64,000 nucleotides of DNA from the NCBI GenBank assembly GCA_010909165.1, contig VJWM01000011.1, positions 930,001 to 994,000 of the forward strand, in the 5' to 3' direction. A program made the translations under genes and the position numbers. Shown piece after piece: positions 36,523-49,199 of this stretch (the stretch's first letter is position 1; every line of letters begins with the position of its first letter). The DNA is from Anthoceros angustus. Taxonomy: Eukaryota; Plantae; Anthocerotophyta. The notes under the pieces are model-generated. The model was given only the letters and a program-made list of their open reading frames with translations, was not told where the DNA came from and ran no database searches.

Positions 36523-39500
36523 ATGGAAGTGGGCAGGAAGAGTGAGCTCACTGGGCAGCAATGGAGACGGATGGAAGAGAATCGAGCAGCAGCATTGGCC
36601 AAGAGGCAGAAAAGGAGTTGCGAGACTTTCCTGCATTTTGATGGGCACCGTCCTCTTGTCCCGGGTGGATCTGAGGAGCTGGAAGTCCAGCATGCTCCAT
36701 CAACTTCTGGGCGAGAGGGATCTGCGGAGGAACGAACACTCCAGCAGCTTTATGTGCCCAATTCGGTTGGTTACTCCACAGGATCCTATTTAGCTAGCAG
36801 AGCAAGCGCAGGGGTCCCAACAGGTGTTCTGAAATCGGAAAGAGGTGGTACGGATGGACATAAATTGGAAATTGTGTTGGAACTATGTTCTGTTCAGAAT
36901 TTTGGTGTCACCGGTGCGTGTGTCGGTGGCATTCGATGTCTGGAAGGAGGCTGTGTGATCGAGCTTGGAAAGGAACTTTCCTCGGTGAGTCTCCTCTGGT
37001 CATGCCTACGCGTTTCGGATCTCTTCCAGCTGAAGAAGCTAGTTGATTTCTCTTTGACGATATTGGGTTGTGGGTCTTGAAACAGTTACAGTTATCTCTG
37101 AATTGTCAGCGCTCCGGCCAGATGTTTGTGTTTCACGTCCAAAATTACGACGCTGTTGCAAATGTTTTGAAGAAACTGCCCCATGTTTGTGTGAAGCACA
37201 TTCCTCTCTGCACTCGGATGGCCTTGAAGAGCTTCTTCAGAGGAAACCGAAAATCCAACGGTGTTCCTGCTGCTAGTGACTTTGTAGCAAATCAGGTTGT
37301 TGAGAAACAGCTGGGCCTCTTGCCAGAGAAGTTGAAGCAAAGTCTTCTCCCTTTCCAGTGGGACGGAACACGTTATGGGCTCAGGAGGAATGGTCGTTGT
37401 CTTATTGCTGATGAAATGGGAGTCGGCAAAACCATTCAGGTCTGAATACCACTTCTTTCAAGGAGTACTCGATATGAAGTTCCATGATTGAAAAAAATTT
37501 ACTGAGTGGTTCTAAATGATGTGAATGTGAACAGGCAATTGCCATTGCGGCATGCTACAGAGAAGAAGGTTCCCTTCTGGTCATCTGCCCAGCTAGCTTG
37601 CGTTTGATGTGGGCTGAAGAGCTGGAAAGATGGCTGCCTTTTCTTGCACCAACAGATATTCATCTTGGTTGGTCATTCGCACTCACCATGGTCTCAGTTA
37701 TGACGTTCCTAGTGCTGAAGCCATCATTTGTCTTAGTCGCCAAGCTAGTCAGCGAAAAATTCCCCTAAGGGCTTACCGGGGGACTGTTTGTTCGATCAGT
37801 GTTTGGCAGGAGGAATGAGCTTGAGGAACATGTACAGCTACCTAAAGTGGTTGTTACCTCATATACGATGCTGAAGCGTTTAGCTTCAAGCTTCCAGTCG
37901 TGCAAATGGGGTGTAGTTATAGTGGATGAGTCTCACAACCTGCGGACTTGCAAACAAAAGAACGAGTGTGATGAGGTTTCGCCTCTTACTCTTCTCATGA
38001 TGAGGGTTTCTCTGAGCATGCATAGAACTTTTCAGCTACCGCAAAGTTTGAGTGTGTGTGGATGTCCTTTCCTGGCAGACAACAGCAGTTTGCAACATTG
38101 TCAAAAGGACCCGTCGAGCGGTACTGCTCTCTGGCACACCATCCCTCTCAAGGTGTGCAGTTTGCCTTTCTGGCCTCCGGCTGATGTGGAAAACATATCA
38201 CAACGAATTTGGCAGTTTATTGGATGTTGTTGATCTTCCCATGGCATCTTGCATTTTGCAGGCCATTCGATATCTTCAACCAGGTGGACTGCATACGGTG
38301 AGCTAGTACTGCTCACATTTCTTCCCAACCATTTGAGAACGTTGTAGCAACTTGGGAGGATTGTTACTCACATGGTTTGTGCATCTCCAGACCAGGATTG
38401 CTTGGGCGCAACAAATATGAATTTGCACGTAATTACTGTGATGTACAGCAGACTTTTTCGAAGGTGAAGAGAAGGCTGTTTGCTTCACTGCGCTTCTTAC
38501 GTGATTCTTCGGATCTTCAATGGAAACTGACGTAGGTAGCTCTCTTGCAGGATTACTCCAAAGGGACTCGACTTTCGGAGTTAAATATATTGCTTAGGGA
38601 AACCATTATGGTACACTTTTCTGCTTCCCATTGTTCTATTGCTCATACAAAGCAGTATCTGTTGGGCTTGTTCATAGTCAAGTGCACACTCGTATTGATG
38701 ACAATGTCGGTGCATTGTGTAGGTGAGGAGACTGAAGGCAGAAGTGTTAAGCGAGCTTCCTGCCAAGAGAAGGCAAATCATCAGCCTGAGGTTGACAAAG
38801 GACGACATCACCAAGGCTAGGAAGTCACTAGCTTCTCTCCATGACAATATTTCTCCCCATGGAGACAAATCTTGCCCATGTGGCTTATGCGAGAAGGGCC
38901 ATTGTGATTGCGAGGATGAAGAGCAGCAAGATGAGAAGTTGCAGGAAGAGGGTACAACATGATGTCACTTGCTCGAGACTCTGTCATTAGCAGTGGACTT
39001 GCATGTTTGCAGTGGGGCAGTACTGCTGCAACTGGCGAAATTCACTCCTGGGCCCATATGATCCTTTGCAGACAACGAAGAGGACCACAACTCTGCTCGA
39101 AGGCTGAACCATCAGGAAATTGGCCTGGCAAAATTGAACGGTGTTAGAGATTGGCTGCTGAACAACCCGATATTTCTCTCCTGCGAGACCGACATGCCAA
39201 ACCCAGATGTTGAGGTGAAGGACATGAAAATGGTTATATTTGGTCACCATCGTGCTGTCTTGGATGGGATTCAGGTCAGTAAAATGTCCCCAACTGTGCA
39301 CCTGACATTCTGGTGACATGCGTTACACTCTGACCTTAGTTCAGCCTCTTCACCTTCCACCTTCTTGCAGGAGACTGTGATACAGAGAAAGGTTGGATTT
39401 GTACGCGTTGATGGGACAACTCCAGCTCATGATCGGCAAATGGCTGTAAATCTGTTCCAGAACAAACCTGAGGTTGTGACCACAGCATATTCCTGTAGTA

Positions 39501-42500
39501 CTGCTCGAGCTTGATTGATTCGGTGGCTGTCGAGCCTCGAAGTATGCAGATGAACTGAATGGCATTACGTCGTCATGTGCTTTCTACAGATAAAAGTGGC
39601 ACTTATCAGTGTTACGGCTGGAGGGGTGGGACTCAACTTCTCGGCAGCGCAAACAGTTGTCTTTGCAGAGTTACCGAATTCAGCATCCTTAATGCTGCAG
39701 GTTGGACACTTCCTATAGGATGCTACAAGGAAGTGTTACCATTCAATCTACCCCAATTTTTGCACTGTTGTTCTAACCCAATCCTGAATTTGTCTGTTGC
39801 AGGCAGAGGATAGAACTCACAGGCAAGGACAACAAAATGCAGTCAACGTGTACATATTCTGTGCAAAAGTAATTGCCTTGCCCCTCCACGTAGCCCCTAG
39901 AAGCAGAGCTGTTGGTGTCTGAGAGGCTTAAGCACAATCCACCTCTCATGCAGGGTACAGGTGATGACACTCACTGGCAATCTTTGAGCAGAAGCCTTGA
40001 ACGTGTTTCAACAATGACAAATGGCACTACAGCTGCCGTATTGGGTCTTGAGGTTATCATCTGGCAACCAGCGCTCATTGACCTCGGATTTCAGTCCAGG
40101 CCGCCTCACATTTGAAGACTGATTAGCTGCTGTCATGTCCTGCAGGTTGCATCAGTCACTGATGGCTTGACATTACGCGTGCAAGACAGTGGTGATTGCA
40201 GCTCTCCTGAACCCACAGAAACAGACAATTCCACTCCAGGAGCAGCTGGTGCTCGCTGTGGACCAGAAGAAGTTGTTAATAAGGCTTCCATGCAAACCAG
40301 TGCTCATGATGTGTCGAATAGATCCACCTCTCCTGAAAACCGTTTGTCAAATTTGGCGGATGAACATGCTAATGAGGGCAAACACACTCCGGAAAGAGCC
40401 GGAGATAGTCTGGGGGACATCCCCCCAGTCACATCACTTCAAGTTAGTGAGCAGCAGAATGAGCACACAGCATTCGGTGTAGACTTTCTGTTGTTCGAGG
40501 TAAGTCTTTACTCACTCTTGTTTCACCTCTGGAGGCTGTGATGGGCGAACATGGGTCTGTGCATCATGATGTGTGCTACTGGAGGGGACTAATGTGCAGT
40601 ATGACACATGCAGGTGAGTTCGCATACAGGGCGCATTCATCTCTATCAGTCTTTTCCAGACCACAGCTCTCCACCAAAGCTCTTGGAAGAGAACTTCAAG
40701 CCAGAGATGCTAGAGCGTTTGAGAACAAGGGGAGCTGCTGGTAGAGGCACTCTGCCACATTGCATTGAGCAGAGTAGGGCCTTCCAAGAAGCAGCTGCGA
40801 CCTTCATCACCCAGTGGACGAGTCTACGGCCTGTTCATCGTAAGCAGCTGTCAGGAAGACCTCTCCGGTTACCGTTGTCAAGAGAACTGAAGCGAGTTCA
40901 GGCCAACTCCTCCTTCGCTCCTGGGGTGAGTTCGGCCATCTTAATTGCTTCAGGGTATTTCCATGTATTGCTTTCCCTTAGATGAAGCTATAGCTTTAGT
41001 GATTGCTGAGGCACTCATATTGTTGCAGGGTCTGTCAAAAGGGGGCAGTAAACGGCGTGTGACGCCAAGTGAGCTAGTGTCCTGCCCTGCTCCAGAAGGA
41101 GCAAGCGTAAGGAATATAGCTCTTCAGAACGCCTTTGGTGCAAAGAGGAGTGACATATTGCAAGCCTGGTCTGCGGATGGGGAGCCTCTTTGCAAGCTTT
41201 GCCAGACTCCTTGCCGTAGAAGCAACTCAAAAATTCCCCAAGTATTTGCAGATCTGTTCTGTGGAAGAAAGTGTTACGAGAGTTACTGTGCCAAGACCAG
41301 TGGACGCTACTTGAGACAGGTATGAGTCCAGAACGTGCTGACTGCCAGTATCTTGTGACAGAAAAAGCCTTGACAGGGTGCCATGCTTGTACAGGAACTT
41401 TTTGAACTGGAAAGGGGCGTCTGTGTTGAATGTGGCTTAGACTGCCATACCTTGGTTCGGTGCCTGGTCTCGTTAGCTGCATCCAAGCGGGCAGCCTTCA
41501 TATTAGAGAGAGCGCCACACTTCTCCAAGCAAAAGAGACTGTACTCCCCATCGACCTTGGTTCAGTTGTTGTGATACGTCTGAGTCAGTTACCATAACCC
41601 CGAAGCAATTCTCTGTGCAGGCTGGAGAATCTGGTCGCAAACCCAACGGAGGGCAACGCTTGGCATGCAGATCATATTGTGCCAGTCTTCGAGGGGGGAG
41701 GTAATCCCTTTTCCAAGTGTACTGTACGTGAGAAAATGCTCAATTCACCCGAGGTCTGAACATATCCTTGCAGGTGAGTGTGGTGTTGAAAATTTAAGAA
41801 CCTTGTGCATAGCTTGCCATGCAAAGGTAACATCAGATCAAGCCTGTCGACGCCGCTTAGCAAAATCAAGGGCACGTCAAAATCTTCAGCTCACTATCGC
41901 TGCAATCCTTCAACGTTCTCAAATGGTAACGTACTAGCATGACAGTTCCCTTGCAAGATTCATAGGTTTCCTCACCAGGAGATTTCTCGAGCTGAGTAAA
42001 TGTGTGCACATATGTCAGGCTAGGAGGACAGGTTCGTCACTCAAGCGAACTGATCTGGATGACACCGATGACGATGTCTTTGCTGTAGAGGCGTCTGGCC
42101 ATGCATGCCCACAAAAGCTGTCCGAAGCTCGAACTCCGGATGATGATGAGGACGATGACAAGCTATTTGCCATCGAGGTGGCGGGTAGTGCATATACAGA
42201 AAACTCTGCCACTGATCGTCAAGCCAGCAGTCTCGCAGAGCAACAGCCTCAAATCGAAGAGGAACCTGGCAGAGCCAGCACCAGCGGGCTTGAAGGGGAC
42301 ATTTCGGTCGAGGACACCCCTGCAACGGTTTCACAACAAAGCCTTACTCCAGCAGACACGAAGGTTCAAGTCGGAGCGGAATGGAAACTCCGTAGACACT
42401 CAAAAGGAGGCCAGGCAAAACCACTGTCAGCAAGGATATGCGCAAGTTCTCCAGGTGACCCGCTCTTGGAAGCCTATTTCAATCGTGCATCCAAGAAACA

Positions 42501-42543
42501 AGTCTACACGACCGACATGTCACAAGCATGTAAGGCCTCATAG
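36523..42543 (+). CDS. ZRANB3: SMARCAL1/ZRANB3-like SNF2 annealing helicase with a C-terminal HNH nuclease domain
   Basis: LLPFQWDG...CLIADEMGVGKTIQ (motif I), VIVDESHNL (motif II), LLSGTPSL, MRRLKAEVLSELPAKRRQ, KMVIFGHH, RVDGTT and QAEDRTHRQGQ. A CxxC region is followed by WHADHIVPVFEGGGECGVENLRTLCIACHAKVT (HNH). Confidence 0.92.
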
Positions 42544-43879
42544 GTCTGTGGTATCGATCACGAACATCGCATTCCAAAGTCCGGCACGAGGAAGTAATAC
42601 CCTATCCAGAGATGCCGAGAAAGGCACGAATTGTACCATAGCTCCGGCATGTTTTCTTCCGGCATCTTGGAGATGCCGAGAAAGGCACGAATTGTAGTAT
42701 ATCCTTGATGGATCTCTGCCGTGAGACTCAACTCGCATCGGTCGCAGGATGGGCCATTTCTCGCTAGCACTTGACACCAAAAACAAACCCTATTCTAGTA
42801 TATCATGAGACCAAAAGGAAACCGAGCATGAAAGCATGAAACTGGAGAAAGAAAGGGGGACGATGTAGTATACAGAGATGGGATAGTCCCATCTAGACCA
42901 AACCCAAGCAGTGTGGAAGAAACCCAAAAAAGCACAGTAACATAGGAGGACTGTCCACCTCAACGGAATATCGCCCACAAAGGAACCGTGAGATGATGAA
43001 CTAGGTCTGCTCCATCATGAATGTGGTGGCAACCAAAGCCCACAGTGACATGGAGAACTATGTCTATGTTCCATAATACAAAATCTCGACCGCTCCCAAA
43101 CATGTCCAAGCCGGCAAGCGGCCGTACAGGATACGACTCGCAAGATCAGCATCTTTCACTCCAGTTGGAACCGTTCACAGTATCGACATATAGTACATAC
43201 CAAGGTAGGTACTATCAAATAATAATTAAATATTAAATACTAATAAAATAATTATTTAATTTCTGCCGAAAAATATAACCCATGGGTAGTGTTGTTCGCC
43301 AAGGCCCACAACCATAAAGGGGAGTCCACTTCATACGCAGACTGGTAGACTGGTACACAGTTCCCAAAGGCCATCGAGTTAAGGTTGCTATTAGGGGATT
43401 TTGTGTATGTATTAGTGGACTAGACGCGGGACCCGAACGCGAAGGCGAGAACGCGGAGTGGAGAAAGAGGAGAAAACGCTGCACTCGCACCTGGCACCGG
43501 GACCAGCGACGCCCCGAGACCGCCAACTCCTATTCATGTGACCATCTAGCTTGACGCTCTTTTGGTGGGCTGTTATCGAACTGAAGCTTCCGCGGTGCAC
43601 CTGCCTCGGCGAATTTCGATTGCTTTTGTTGGGCGATTGCTGCCGGATAGTACCCAGCACGGAGCCCGGTACAGCATTCGTGTTGCGCGAAGGCGGACTC
43701 GCATAGCATGTTGGGCAGGAGGAAGAGGAGGAGCAGGAGAGTGTAGAGCGGATTGGCGTTTATGGGCAGTGCGAATTCCTGACGGCGGTGTATTGTATGG
43801 TCACACGAGGGGGCAAGCAGCGAGGAGGAGGAGGAGGAGGAGGAGGGAGGGAGGGAGGGAGGGATTGGAGGCAGCAGGC

Positions 43880-45899
43880 ATGGGGTCTGCTGCTGCCGAG
43901 TACGTTGCCGCAATGAAGAAGCGGCATGAGCGGGAGTTGGAGAGGTTGAAGCTCTCCTGTGAGACAAGGGCCACGCTCAAGTACTTCCTGCTGGCGGTGC
44001 TGCGCTATGTGCAGCGGCTCTTGGCCTACGTTGCCTTGCACCGATCCGCTTTTCTTTCCGCTGCGTGGCTCGTGGCCCTGTTGGGCGCCAGCGTGGTGCT
44101 GTTTGAGGGCCCGCACCGGCAGGTATGCCGTGCAGCATCTGGAATTCAGCTGATTCTGTTATAGGGAGATGCAGTCCAGCGTCGATGGGGTGGGTTGCAA
44201 GGGCAAGGGTGGATGTGAGTGAGTAGGTTAGGGAAGGCAGGCTGGGCGCCGGGGTCTCATGCTGTGGTCGTTTTTGGATGCAGTACGTGACGGAGTCTCT
44301 GTTATACTCCCGGTTTGTTGTGTGGTGGGTGGCCCTTGGTGTAGCCTCTTCGATTGGATTAGGTATAGTACCGTCCTCTTGTCACTTTTGCACGCCGCTC
44401 GCTTCCTTGCTTCTGAAGTTTGTGGACATGTTTTCAGGTTTTGGGCTTCATACCTTTGTTCTGTACCTGGGGCCGCATATTGCCAAGTTCACCATAATGG
44501 CGACGGAGTATGGGCGAGTTGACCTGAAAAAGGCACCTTATGACACTCCACAGTGGGGACTTCCTGCTGTCTGGCACAATTTAGATAATGTGAACACAAC
44601 CGCGATGTATCCTCGCGTGGCATCAGATCATGGCGGATACATGGTTCCGTTTCATCATATTCTTCTGCAGGTGATAGCAGAAGCTATGCTTTGGGGTTTG
44701 GGGACAGCGCTTGGGGAGCTTCCTCCATATTTTCTGTCTAGAGCAGGTACTCCCTACTGGCAGTGAATGTTTCCCAGTACTTGGGCTCAGGTTTAGCCTG
44801 CATGTGAGGGTGAAAAGGCTGAACGAACAGCCTGCGACTTGGACTGATGCGATGGAGGCTGAAGCAGTTAATTTGTTTTATATGATGGGGTTTTTCCCTC
44901 AGACTGCTGATTCATCCTGTGTCTGCTTTTTCAGCACGAATGTCTGGAGAGAGAGTAAAAGACCTTGAGGATCTAGTTCAGCCAGTGAATACGAGCAAAA
45001 TCAGTGTGCTCGACCGACTGAAGCATTGGTTCCTTAGTCATTCCCAAAATCTGGGCTTCTTCACAATCCTAATATTTGCTTCGGTAGGAAGCCAGGAGCT
45101 TGACTTTCCTCTTTTTCTTGTGGCGTTGTAGCAAGTTTGGGTCATCTACATAAGATGAGTTGTGCCTCGATCTGTGCTGTATTGGTTTTGAGACAGTTGG
45201 GTGCATGCAGGTGCCGAACCCCCTGTTTGATCTAGCTGGAATTACGTGTGGTCATTTCCAAGTGCCTTTTTGGAAGTTTTTTCTTGCAACCCTTATTGGG
45301 AAAGCGCTCATCAAGACACACATCCAAGTGAGAATATGTTCAACTTGAATCTCTCTTCAGGTTTCCTTTTTTGTGCGTCTGAATGCTGACAGCGCTGGTG
45401 GTTTTCTTGATTTCGTCAGACATTAGTCATTATTGTGGTTTGCAATGCCCACACCTTGGAGTTGTTGAGGGTTGGGTTGGAGTGGGTCCGACATCGATTT
45501 CCAGCTTTCTCTAGATATGTGCCCTACATTCTGTCTGCTCTTGATGGTGCTCGAGAGCAGTTTATTTCAGGCAAGAAGCACACACAACAGGTACAGTGCG
45601 AAGCTGGTCATAGCATTGTGCATTCTGCCGATAGCTAGCAAGCCTTCCTCTCTCTTTTCCTGTGACGTTTTTGACGCCAATGCTTTTGTTGTGGGTTTAC
45701 AATGCAGCTATCTCGAAGTTTTCTAGGTTGGAATACAATCGTTATGTTGATGCTGGGATGGTTTGCAGTATCGATTGTCAATTCCACAGCCCAAACACAG
45801 CTCAAGGAAGAGCAAAGACATGAGTTGGACCAACAGGCCCAGATAGAGTCAGCCAACGGAAGCACCGACAGTGGAGATGGCTGTGATTTCAGCGATTAG
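43880..45899 (+). CDS. VMP1: Vacuole membrane protein 1 / KMS1 (VMP1, DedA/SNARE-associated domain)
   Basis: [92 protein letters not shown]. Exons have GT-AG boundaries. Confidence 0.95.
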
Positions 45900-47220
45900 G
45901 GCACTGAGCCCCTCTTCTGTCGAAGCAATTTCCAGCATTCATGATTTTTGCCCATGTGAGATAAGTGTATTTGACATTATTGAGCTGGCAAAGCTGGCTC
46001 CCTGCATAGTTAGAATGATCATTGGTGACATGTGCCAGCGACAGCAGATGTATGTCGCGCAGTTGCACTGCTCAAGGGATCTTGCACTCTCTCGGTGGAG
46101 TGTGGTCCTGCTGCCGCTGGGTTCCAACTGACTTCTAACAGTCCCTGGGTATGTGAAGATGCCCTCTAACCCATTGTTGCCCTCTCACATTGTGGCTATG
46201 CCCGTACAGGCCATGCCAGGGCTATGTTGTCCAACACTCTTGTCTATACTAGCTTGTCAGATCCGCATTTGGTTGCATTCATCACTTTGTAAATGTTGGC
46301 CCCTCTGAACTGGGGAAGTTAGGAGTTCCTTGGTTGGAGGATTATTGCCAAATGAATTTGAATTGGGGTTGGGAACGGTTCTACCCTTTAACCCCACAGC
46401 GGCCTGTATCTGATGATAATTAGGATGAATGCGCTACAAAATTCCTAGGTGGCGGAGGAATGATTTGTTAATTCTGCAAAACTAGCCTCCGCGTGGGCTA
46501 TCCAACGACCTCTCGCGAGGTCCCATCCGCTACAAATTTCAGTGCTGAGCACCATAGCACTGTCTGCCGCGTTTTTGCGTGACTCCCAATGGCCTGCCCA
46601 GTTTGTGCTGATGGCGCCAGTAGATACCAACCTCCGGACATGCAAAGATGCGCACTGCGAAGTTCTTTCTCTGGCGTCCTGACCACAACACAATCGCTCA
46701 AAATTGCACATCTTCGACACAAAGCAATGCAATCTTCCTTCACAAACCCAGTACACAAAGCACCGAAGCGCTCAACCAAAAACTAAATCAAAACCCAAAA
46801 GCTAAGTGCAAAACCCACATGTACGCGTCCAAAAACCAAGACACATGGCAAGGGCTTTTCACAATAACCCTGCAAGGCCCAATCCCCTACCTCCTAAAAC
46901 CCCACCACCGCCTCGAGTCATCTGCAAACACGCCTCCAGCCATCTACACGATTCAAGGAGGCAAACTTGGTTTGATTTCGAAGGCTTATGGATTCATCTG
47001 GTGCGCACGGATCGGCGTGCAGTGTTCCGGATCTTGCTGATTTTTGTGCTAGAAGCCCAAATGTAGGGTGAGATCCACAATTCGAGACTCAAGGGCATTC
47101 TAGGGTTAAACTATTTATCCTTTCCAAGGTTTGAGGTCGATCGTTCAGCAAGTTTGTATAGATTGCATCTTGCAAAAACGAGCAACATGCCCTGGCAAAA
47201 CATGTAACATGTGAACGAGT

Positions 47221-47425
47221 AACCTCACTGCCAACCTCTGACTAACATCACTGCTACCCCCCGACTAATATCACCGCCAACCCCTAACTAACATCACCGC
47301 CAACCCCTGACTAACATCACCGCCAACCCCCGACTAACATCACCGCCAACCCCTGACTAACATCACCGCCAACCCCTGACTAACATCACGGTTAACCCTT
47401 GACTAACATCATTGCCGACCCCTAA
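47221..47425. repeat. 23-bp minisatellite (GACTAACATCACCGCCAACCCCT), about 9 copies
   Basis: Read directly as consecutive units with degenerate ends. Confidence 0.93.
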
Positions 47426-47584
47426 CCTCATAGAAGACTTGCTCTTCCAATGGAGCAAATACAGTACCCGGCGTAGGCTGCATATAAGATTGTTATACCG
47501 ATCTAGCAGATTGAGTATTTAGGGTAGTTAGTATAGAAGACTATTGTTCCGATCAAGCAGATTAAATATCTGGCATCGTCTATC

Positions 47585-47915
47585 ACACTAGAAGGCCTGA
47601 CGCTAGCCACTTGTAGTGTCAAGTTGTCTTTTACTTTGGTAGCCAATAATTGCTCCATCAGATGTGCTATGGAGAGCTTCAACAGATAATATGGAGCATG
47701 GGACGTCTACTACACTAGAAGGCCAAATGCCAGCCACCTGTAGTGTCTACCACACTAGAAGGCGAAATGCGACACTAGGCTAGAAGGCCAAACGCCAACC
47801 ACTTGTAGTGTCTACTATACTAGAAGGCCAAACGCTAGCCACCTGTAGTGTTACTACACTAGAAGGCCAAACGGGACACTACACTAGAAGGCCAAATGCC
47901 AGCCCCAAGTAGTGT
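47585..47915. repeat. Array of ~33-40-bp units bounded by CACTA...TAGTG
   Basis: CACTAGAAGGCCAAATGCCAGCCACCTGTAGTG-like units at ~47585, 47713, 47779, 47817 and 47882, plus partial units. Confidence 0.85.
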
Positions 47916-48269
47916 CACATTGTCTCTTATCTTGGTAGCCAATAATAGCTCCCTTAGATGCTATGGAGAGCTTTATTAAATGCTATGGGGTGTGGAGTTT
48001 GACCTTCTTCTCTTGCCACAATTTCTTGATTAACAACTTCTCGTGCAAAACAGCAACATATTAGGAGCTACCTCATTGTGAATGACAAAATAAGATTTTC
48101 ATATGAATAAGGTAAGCCATTAAAAAAAATAGTGAACAGTTAACGACTCTCCAACACTTTGTAAATCATTTGTAAGATAGAAAAATTCATCCATAAAGTC
48201 TTGGATACACTATGAAGTTTTTTCAAACGAATAAATGCCTAAGCTTAACCTTACCATGTTCAACTCCCT

Positions 48270-48595
48270 GCTATTCATATATAGACAATAATTTGGCACA
48301 AACATCCACCAACGTTTTCTTGCCCGTGATTTGAGCAAGACACTTTTTCTCAATAGAAGTAGACAATAGTGTAGCCCAGACATCCACAAACGATTTCTTG
48401 CCCATGATTTGAGCAAGACACTTTTCCTCAATAGAAGTAGACAATAGCGTCGCCCAGACATCCACCAACGTTTTCTTGCCCATGATTTGAGCAAGACACT
48501 TATTCTCAATAGAAGTAGACAATAGCGTGGCCCACACATCCAGCGACCTTTTCTTGCCCATGATCTAAGAAAGACGCTGATCCTCAATAGAAGTA
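48270..48595 (-). repeat. 78-bp tandem repeat, about 4 copies, open on the minus strand (26-aa unit MGKKxxxDVWATLLSTSIExKCLAQI)
   Basis: tttgagcaagacacttt..ctcaatagaagtagacaatag recurs with a 78-bp period. ORF 48271-48561 (-) shows the repeated peptide. Confidence 0.88.
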
Positions 48596-49199
48596 GTTCA
48601 CATCATAAATATCATTTTCTCCTTTTTCCATTCACTGTTCTCAACATCCGTTATGTATTAAGGAAAAGATTTAGTGTCATCAACAACAAATCATTCATCA
48701 ATAAGAATAGTCTTTATGCATATGATACTTTCAAAACATGATTTTGGATAGGTACATTTAATCTACATCTTATTAAATATAATTAAAATATTCTAGCACA
48801 TTTTCGATCGGACCTTCTTAGAGTGTAATAGTTCCTGGTAAAGTCTTTTGGCCCCTACCGATGTTGGTCCAGAATGGGCCCCTTGTTCTAGGGTCTCATT
48901 GGCCTTTTTTGAAAGGACCTTTGAGGCTCCCTAGATAAGATAACTCTGTAGCCTCTTAGGGATCCTTTAAATTAAGTGAATATACGATGCTCGATATATT
49001 TGATATGCTTGAACTAGGAAAAAAGGACAAGGAATTTTCCATATCCATCAAAGAGGACACCATATTTACGATTTGTATTTTTTTCTTGCATTCAATTGGA
49101 GCTACAGTTGGGTCAATAAATCCAACTGGCTTTGTGCTGGAGCTTCATCCCTGTCATTGTCGAGCTCTTATGTTTGCATATGGAATGCGAAGGAAAGAA

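Noticed and set aside
42609-42696. 27-bp direct repeat with a small palindrome (cggcatcttggagatgccg) after ZRANB3
   Set aside because: Too short for a miRNA hairpin; probably a local duplication in the 3' flank.
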